Assembly (NCBI GenBank): GCA_963700285.1
Contig: CAVOXA010000010.1
Location: 2,088,724-2,152,723, forward strand
DNA length: 64,000 nt
Reading direction: 5' to 3'
Source of the DNA: an uncultured Chloroflexia bacterium
GTDB taxonomy: Bacteria; Chloroflexota; Anaerolineae; JAAYZQ01
The notes below the pieces were generated by a model. It was not told where the DNA came from. It worked only from the letters and a program-made list of their open reading frames with translations, and searched no databases. Both the position numbers and the translations under genes were made by a program. Shown here piece after piece: positions 58,231 to 64,000 of the stretch. The first letter of the stretch is position 1; each line of letters begins with the position of its first letter.

Positions 58231-58567
58231 CGATCTTGGGCGGTTCTTGCCTTGTCCCCCAGTCGTTCCACGTGTGGCGGAAGCTACCGATCCTTTGGGG
58301 TAGAGCTTTGGGGACTTGGGTTTGGCTGCCTGACGGGATCCTGCCAGGCAGCAGCTAGCATCTTGGTTCGAGGATAGAAAGGGCTGCATGGAGCTTCCGT
58401 GCGGCCCTATTTCGTAGACAGCTTGGCGACGGCCCGCCTCGACCTGATAAAAGTCATAGACAGCCGCTGATCCTTCGATTATAATCTAGGGTATAAGAAA
58501 ACAGACCTAGTAGGTTCTGAGCCAAGTTTTGATAGAGGGGCACATTCAGAGGTGGAGGATCAGAGCA

Positions 58568-58888
58568 TTGATTGAAGTTCGATTGTTCGGCGATCTGCAG
58601 CAGTACTCGCCCGAGCCCACATTGGTGCCGGGAACACCGCTGCACATGCCGCTTGCGGATGGTGCCACACTGGGAGAGGTACTGGAACAAGTAGGCGTCG
58701 ACCTGGATGAGGTGAGCAACGTCTTTGTCAACGGGCGATTGCTCCCCCGTTCCGTCTACCCGATTACACTGGGCTATCAGCTCGCCGCGGAGGGACCGCT
58801 CTCGCCAGAAGCGTACCTGAGGGCGGCGGTGCAGCCGGGAGATCGGGTGGGGATCTTTCCCCGCAAGATGGCGTCGGTGGTCGTCTGA
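58568..58888 (+). CDS. MoaD/ThiS-like ubiquitin-fold protein without C-terminal Gly-Gly
   Basis: IEVRLFGDL, GATLGEVL, VFVNG, GDRVGIFP; ends KMASVVV. TTG start after GGAGG. Confidence 0.75.
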   Translation: MIEVRLFGDLQQYSPEPTLVPGTPLHMPLADGATLGEVLEQVGVDLDEVSNVFVNGRLLPRSVYPITLGYQLAAEGPLSPEAYLRAAVQPGDRVGIFPRKMASVVV

Positions 58889-58946
58889 AGCCTGAACGCA
58901 GAATGACCCATATCCAGCGACCGCAGAAAGAACAAGGAGGTAAGAG

Positions 58947-59219
58947 ATGAATAAGGGATGTCCCGGGGCAATGGTTTTCAAGGACGCCACACCCGACTAT
59001 ATAGATTGTCCCCACTGTGGGGAAGAGATGGAGATCTGGTCCGATGAGCCGCTGGCCCGCTGCGACAACTGCAACCTGTGGGTGAGCCAGCAGCGGGGCG
59101 CGTCCTGTATCGATTGGTGCAAGTCCGCGGTGGAGTGCATCGGTCTGGAGGCCTACGAACGATTGCAGCGAAACCGCCCGCCGGAGGAAACCCTTGCCCA
59201 AGCAAGTTCCCCTGTATGA
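58947..59219 (+). CDS. Small Cys-rich (Zn/Fe-S) protein
   Basis: CPG, CPHCG..EIWSDE..CDNC, SCIDWC..A.ECIG; AAGGAGG SD. Confidence 0.8.
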   Translation: MNKGCPGAMVFKDATPDYIDCPHCGEEMEIWSDEPLARCDNCNLWVSQQRGASCIDWCKSAVECIGLEAYERLQRNRPPEETLAQASSPV

Positions 59220-59997
59220 TGCGCTGGCGGAGGATTACGACCGCTTTGTGAACTGGGAAGGGCGGCTCGCCCACGAGTTGCCCTTTTTTCAACGCCTATT
59301 CCAGCAGCAGCGCGTAGAACGCGTGCTGGATTCGGCCTGCGGCACCGGCCACCATGCCATCGCCATCGCTCAGCAGGGCCGCCAGGTGGTAGGCACCGAC
59401 CTGAGCGCGGCTATGGTCGAGCGGGCCAGGCAGAACGCAGCGAGGGCCAGCATGGATGTCGATTTCCGGGTAGCAGGCCTTGGCGAGCTATCCACGTTAG
59501 GCGAGTCCTTTGATGCGGTGCTTTGCCTGGGCAACTCGCTGCCGCATCTACTGACACCCCAAGCTGTTGCGGAGGTGCTGGCCGACTTTGCCGCCGTACT
59601 CAACCCCGGTGGGCTGTTGGTGATCCAGAACCGGAATTTTGATCTGGTGTGGGCCGAAAAAGAGCGGTTCATGTCCCCCCAAGCGCACCGCGACGGCGAC
59701 CAGGAATGGCTGTTCCTGCGTTTCTACGATTTCCACGAGGCAACCATCACCTTCAACATGATCCGGTTGCGGCGCACGGAGCGGCGCACGGAGCGGCGCA
59801 CGGAGCGGCGCACGGACCAGGGCTGGCAGCAGGACGTCGAGTCCACCGAACTGCGTCCCGTCTTTGGCCACGATCTGGCCGTCGCGCTGGAAGCGGCTGG
59901 ATTTGAGGGCAGCATCTTTTACGGGAGCTATGATGGATCGCCCTTTGACCCGGCGCGGAGCGGCGACTTGATCGCCGTGGCAACACGTAGTAGCTAA
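59194..59997 (+). CDS. Class I SAM methyltransferase (glycine/sarcosine N-methyltransferase-like)
   Basis: VLDSACGTG, GTDLS, FDAVLCLGNSLPHL, LNPGG..QNRNFD. Confidence 0.85.
   Translation: MPKQVPLYDALAEDYDRFVNWEGRLAHELPFFQRLFQQQRVERVLDSACGTGHHAIAIAQQGRQVVGTDLSAAMVERARQNAARASMDVDFRVAGLGELSTLGESFDAVLCLGNSLPHLLTPQAVAEVLADFAAVLNPGGLLVIQNRNFDLVWAEKERFMSPQAHRDGDQEWLFLRFYDFHEATITFNMIRLRRTERRTERRTERRTDQGWQQDVESTELRPVFGHDLAVALEAAGFEGSIFYGSYDGSPFDPARSGDLIAVATRSS
59769..59816 (+). repeat. In-frame 12-bp tandem repeat (GCGGCGCACGGA)x4
   Basis: Four perfect copies encoding RRTE-RRTE-RRTE-RRTD. Confidence 0.92.
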
Positions 59998-60019
59998 GCT
60001 AGCTCTGAGCAGGAGATCC

Positions 60020-60053
60020 AAGACGGCCCTGGTAACTGCCAGGGCCGTCTTTC
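60020..60053. terminator. Hairpin terminator between convergent genes
   Basis: AAGACGGCCCTGG-TAACTG-CCAGGGCCGTCTT-T. Confidence 0.75.
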
Positions 60054-60101
60054 ACTTTGGTCCATCAGGCCCAAAACGCTGTGAGCCCACTCATCTCTAA
60101 A

Positions 60102-61145
60102 TCAGTCTTGGGGTACACCAAACTGCCACTCCAAGCCACGCCACAGATCGTCCCGCCACGAGGGATAGTTATGCCCGCCTCTGTACTCCCGATAGGCCAC
60201 CTCATAGCCCCGGAAGTTGAGTAGATCGTACATGTCCCGGTTGCACTGCCGCAGCCATTCGTAGCGGCCCGCATCCATCCAGATTTTGAGCGGTTGCACG
60301 CGGCCGTAGCGGAGCAGGTCCCAGAGCACCGGTTCGTAGCCGGCAATGTTGAACGCACCAGACTGGCTCAGAACGCGGCCAAAAACCTTGGGCGCGCGCA
60401 CTCCGGCATAGAGGGCCATCAGCCCGCCCAGGGATGCACCCAGGATGCCGTGCGCGCCAGGGTAGATCCGCAGATCCAACAGGTTCAACTCCGCCTGGGC
60501 CAGCGGCAGCACGCGCCGGATAAGGAGCCCCAGGGTCGCCTCGTTGCAGGCGTATTCCACACCGCGCGCCGCGCCGCCGTGATACACCATGGCCATCGCC
60601 ACAGGCTCTATGCGTCGCAGAGCGATGAGATTGTCCACGGTGTTCACCAGCTTGGCCCTCCGCCGGTAATCCTGCCCATCCAGCACGATGAGTAAGGGGC
60701 AGTTCAGGAGGGTTGGCGGCCGGTACAGATAGACCGTGCGCTTGCCGCCCACCAGAAGGGAGCTGTCCTCAAGGACATGCCGGGTGACCCTGCCATGTGG
60801 CACGCTCCGCTTGCGCAGCCTTAGTGGACTGGGCCCGGCCTCGGGCATGTAGAAAAAGTGGTTGTCGTGACCAAAACCATTGGGGGTGGTATGGGGATTG
60901 AAAGGGTCGGCCAGGCGCTCGCCGTCACGCCAAAAAACGTACTCGATATAGGCATCGCCGGGCAGCATCAGCGTGTGTGTCCACACCTTTGGGGCGACCT
61001 GTGACAGCGACAGGGGCGTCCCTACATCCCAATCACAAAAGTCGCCGATGAGCTGGGGCGCTTCCTTACCCCACCAGACAAAGGTAGCCGCACTGTCCTC
61101 GATGATAGGCGTACCCTCTTTCGCGCGTTTGAGCAGGTCATTCAT
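60102..61145 (-). CDS. Esterase (enterochelin-esterase/alpha-beta hydrolase family)
   Basis: N-terminal Ig/CBM48-like region, DPFNP, GASLGG nucleophile, SQSG, GGHN..W. Confidence 0.87.
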   Translation of the reverse strand: MNDLLKRAKEGTPIIEDSAATFVWWGKEAPQLIGDFCDWDVGTPLSLSQVAPKVWTHTLMLPGDAYIEYVFWRDGERLADPFNPHTTPNGFGHDNHFFYMPEAGPSPLRLRKRSVPHGRVTRHVLEDSSLLVGGKRTVYLYRPPTLLNCPLLIVLDGQDYRRRAKLVNTVDNLIALRRIEPVAMAMVYHGGAARGVEYACNEATLGLLIRRVLPLAQAELNLLDLRIYPGAHGILGASLGGLMALYAGVRAPKVFGRVLSQSGAFNIAGYEPVLWDLLRYGRVQPLKIWMDAGRYEWLRQCNRDMYDLLNFRGYEVAYREYRGGHNYPSWRDDLWRGLEWQFGVPQD

Positions 61146-61544
61146 AGCCATCAACTCCCTTCAACGCAAGGCCTCAGCAAGGGTACCTGGGCAGAGTCAT
61201 CGACACGAAGAGCATCCCTATCGCTCTCTTGAGAAGCTGGATGGGCGCTCAGGATCTCGATTTGTTTGGGCAGAGCACCAGCGGGCCAGGCAAGGTTCAT
61301 CATTCACCTGTAGAGGGATGGCATAGGGCGCTGGCTAGATTATCCTCGAGTATACCATAGAACCCTTACAAGGTCAATCAGTTTTCATATAAGGTTCGAT
61401 TCAATTTGCGCTCTCGAAGCTCTTGGGGTAAACTAGAAAACTGTCCCAGGTCGGTGCAATATGCGCCGCCCACCGGCTTTCAGTACGGAACCTCTGGAAG
61501 CGGCACGCACTCGTAGCCAGTCATCACAGTACAGAGAGGTCAAC

Positions 61545-61808
61545 ATGACAGAAGCTGTGCCCCAGATCACCATCTATACGCGCCCCTGGTGCGGGAGCGT
61601 CATGCGGGTCAAACGCTGGCTGGACCAGCGAGGGATCCCCTACTCCGAGCTCGACGTCACCAAAGATATCGAAGCAGCCCGAACCGTTGAGGATCTGAAC
61701 AACGGCTACCAGTCGGTGCCAACCATCCTCCGGGATGGGGTGTACGTGGCGACAGAGCCCAGCACGGCAGACCTGGAACGGCTGTTTGGTGACATCCCGG
61801 CAGGCTGA
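61545..61808 (+). CDS. Glutaredoxin/NrdH/mycoredoxin-like protein (CGSV active site)
   Basis: ITIYTRPWCG, GIPYSELDV, NNGYQSVPTI; GAGG SD. Confidence 0.85.
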   Translation: MTEAVPQITIYTRPWCGSVMRVKRWLDQRGIPYSELDVTKDIEAARTVEDLNNGYQSVPTILRDGVYVATEPSTADLERLFGDIPAG

Positions 61809-61988
61809 TTCCTGGCCAGGCTTTTCTTGCTGTACAGAAGGGCGTGGCCCAATCTGGACGCGCCCCCGCGCCCGCCTTCGCGCGTGTCCTTTGGCCAGTG
61901 GTTGTGTTCTATCAGTTGTGCAGTCCTGGCGCGGCGCCACAGTGCTGCACCCAAAGCAGCGGGATAACGACACAAGAGGGTAAAGGTT

Positions 61989-62990
61989 ATGAAAATCGCG
62001 GTAGATGCAATGGGAGGAGATCGTGCTCCAGCCGTGGTGGTCGAGGGTGCGATCCAGGCTGCCCGCGACTTTGGCCTGGAGATTATCCTGGTCGGCCAAC
62101 AGGGAGCCGTTCAGGCCGAACTAGACAAACATGACACAGCGGGGCTGGCGCTGAGCTTAGAACACGCCAGCCAGGTGCTGGAAATGCACGAACACCCGGC
62201 CGCGGCTGTAAAGGCCAAGAAGGACTGCTCGATGGTGGTCGCCATCGAGCTGGTCAAGCGCCGCGAGGCCGATGCCTTCTTTACGGCGGGCAATTCGGGC
62301 GGCGCGCTGGCGGCATCCCTTTTTCGCCTGGGCCGCATCAGGGGCATCCAGCGCCCAGCCATTTCTACGGTTTTCCCCAGCCAAACACCTCAGGGCTACT
62401 GTTTTCTCCTGGACATCGGCGCCAACGCCGACTGCAAGCCAGAGTTCCTGCTCCAGTTTGCCATTATGGGCTCCATCTATGCCGAACGGGTGCTGGGTAT
62501 ACCCAATCCACGGGTGGCCATTGTGTCCAATGGAGAAGAAGCGGGCAAGGGTAACCAACTGGTCCGGGACACCCTGCCCTTGCTGCAGGCCGGATCCTTC
62601 AACTTTGTCGGCAACGCTGAGGGCAAAGACATTTCCTGGGGCATTGCCGACGTGATTGTCACCGATGGATTCACGGGCAACGTGATCCTCAAGCTGGCTG
62701 AGGGTGTGGCCAAGTACCTGCTGGACCTGTTGAAAGAAGAGATCACCGGCCGCCAGGTCTCAAAGGTTGGAGCGATGCTGGCCAAACCGGCTTTTGACGA
62801 GGTAAGGCGCCGGCTGGACTACCGGGAATACGGGGGCGCCCCCCTCTTGGGCATCGACGGCGTCGTCATCATCGGCCACGGCCGGTCTGATCCACTGGCC
62901 ATACGCAACGGCATCCGCCTGGCGGCCCAGACAGCCGAGAATGGCGTGGTAGAGGCCATCACGCAGGGATTGGCTCGCTACGAGCGGTAG
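61989..62990 (+). CDS. plsX: Phosphate acyltransferase PlsX
   Basis: IAVDAMGGD, AGNSG, LDIGAN, NGEEAGKG, DGFTGN, GGAPLLG, HGRS. Confidence 0.95.
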   Translation: MKIAVDAMGGDRAPAVVVEGAIQAARDFGLEIILVGQQGAVQAELDKHDTAGLALSLEHASQVLEMHEHPAAAVKAKKDCSMVVAIELVKRREADAFFTAGNSGGALAASLFRLGRIRGIQRPAISTVFPSQTPQGYCFLLDIGANADCKPEFLLQFAIMGSIYAERVLGIPNPRVAIVSNGEEAGKGNQLVRDTLPLLQAGSFNFVGNAEGKDISWGIADVIVTDGFTGNVILKLAEGVAKYLLDLLKEEITGRQVSKVGAMLAKPAFDEVRRRLDYREYGGAPLLGIDGVVIIGHGRSDPLAIRNGIRLAAQTAENGVVEAITQGLARYER

Positions 62991-63071
62991 AGCAAAGATA
63001 GACGATAGACACAGGACCAAGAACCTGGCACACATCACGGTCTTGGCGTGGAGATCGGTTCGGGAGCATAG

Positions 63072-64000
63072 ATGAGAGAACGAGACATCAAACAACGAGT
63101 TGTTATCACCGGCATGGGGGCGCTGACCCCCCTGGGACTCTCGGTTGAAGAGACCTGGGAGGGTCTGGTGGCCGGCCGGTCGGGGATCGCCGAGATCACA
63201 CAGTTCGACGCCAGCATCTTTCCCATCCGCATCGCGGGAGAAGTCAAGGGCTTTGACCCCGGCGAGTATATCGATTTCAAAGAGGCAAAGCGAATGGCCC
63301 GCTGTTCGCAGATGGCGGTAGCCCTGGGCACGCAGGCGATGGCCGACGCAGGCCTGGGCGACCAGGTACCCGACCCAGAGCGGACCGGCGTGGTGGTAGG
63401 CACCGGTATCGGCGGCTTTGAGGTTGCACTCGGGGGCTGGGATCTCTATAAAGCCAAGGGCCTGCGGCGGGTCAACCCCGTACGGCCGTAGCCTCCCTTT
63501 GCAACATGCCGGCCCACCACGTGAGCGAGCGTTTCCAGTGCCAGTCCTACAACACCACAGTAGTTACGGCCTGCGCGGCCGGTACCCAGGGCATTGGCGA
63601 AGCGACTGAGGTAATCCGCAGGGGCGCCGCTGACATGATGATAGCTGGCGGGGTGGAGGGCATGATCCACGAGGTCATGATCGGTGGCTTTACCCGCATG
63701 CAGGTTTTGGCCAATGACAACGAGTTCCCGGAAAGAGCGTGCAAGCCCTTTGACGCCCGGCGAGACGGCTTCTGCCTCGCAGAAGGCGGCGCTTTCATGG
63801 TATTGGAGCGGCTGGACAAGGCCCTGGATCGGGGAGCGCGCATCTATGTCGAGGTGCTGGGCTATGCGGCCAATTCGGATGCCTTCCACATGGCGGCGCC
63901 CGACCCCGAGGGGTTGGGCGCCTACCGGGTCATGAAGTGGGCGCTGGAGAACGCGGGCGTAGCGCCGGCCGAAGTCGACTATATCAACGCCCATGGTCCC
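63072..64000 (+). CDS. fabF: Beta-ketoacyl-ACP synthase II, frameshift near 63490, 3' partial
   Basis: RVVITGMG, GTGIGG; next frame TACAAG (catalytic Cys), PFD..RDGF, YINAHG. Confidence 0.92.

Noticed and set aside
58230-58560. Hairpins upstream of the MoaD-like gene as a Moco/Wco riboswitch
   Set aside because: They lie upstream of the likely -10 (TATAAT near 58480) and lack the conserved Moco motif elements; they look like terminators or IS-end debris.
61810-61980. Paired segments upstream of plsX
   Set aside because: Short GC-rich stems of the kind expected by chance, with no strand-diagnostic pattern or recognisable operator.

Overview
A GC-rich bacterial chromosome segment. The gene set (Chloroflexota-type SWIM protein, C25 peptidase with an FLPLV tail, DUF2723/GT-C glycosyltransferases, DUF4013 pair, sortase) points to Chloroflexota, probably Anaerolineae; this is inference from family knowledge. 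It carries housekeeping genes (tRNA-Val, mtaB, thrC-like, recF, rlmD, dgt, tatD, selB, clpB/clpC, a gyrA/parC-type subunit, rplS, rnhB, plsX, fabF) and a dispersed surface-glycosylation set (GT-C, GT2, GT4, WcaJ-like, gmd/rmd, phosphomannomutase, polyprenyl synthase). Mobile DNA comprises one IS beside the tRNA and a nested IS cluster at 53.2-58.2 kb. Many genes at about 24-40 kb, 42-50 kb and 63.5 kb are broken by frameshifts, most likely long-read or consensus errors. The most interesting unexplained signals are: several highly base-paired intergenic regions that look like undescribed structured RNAs (best: a ~227-nt minus-strand three-way junction with a possible loop-loop pseudoknot between the cold-shock gene and rplS, and a ~125-nt pseudoknotted element before tRNA-Val); a 35-bp-period motif array after the tRNA; inverted heptamer arrays inserted in genes; a membrane protein starting with a ParB-like peptide; and a ubiquitin-fold protein lacking the diglycine tail. 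All RNA folds were paired by eye, not computed.
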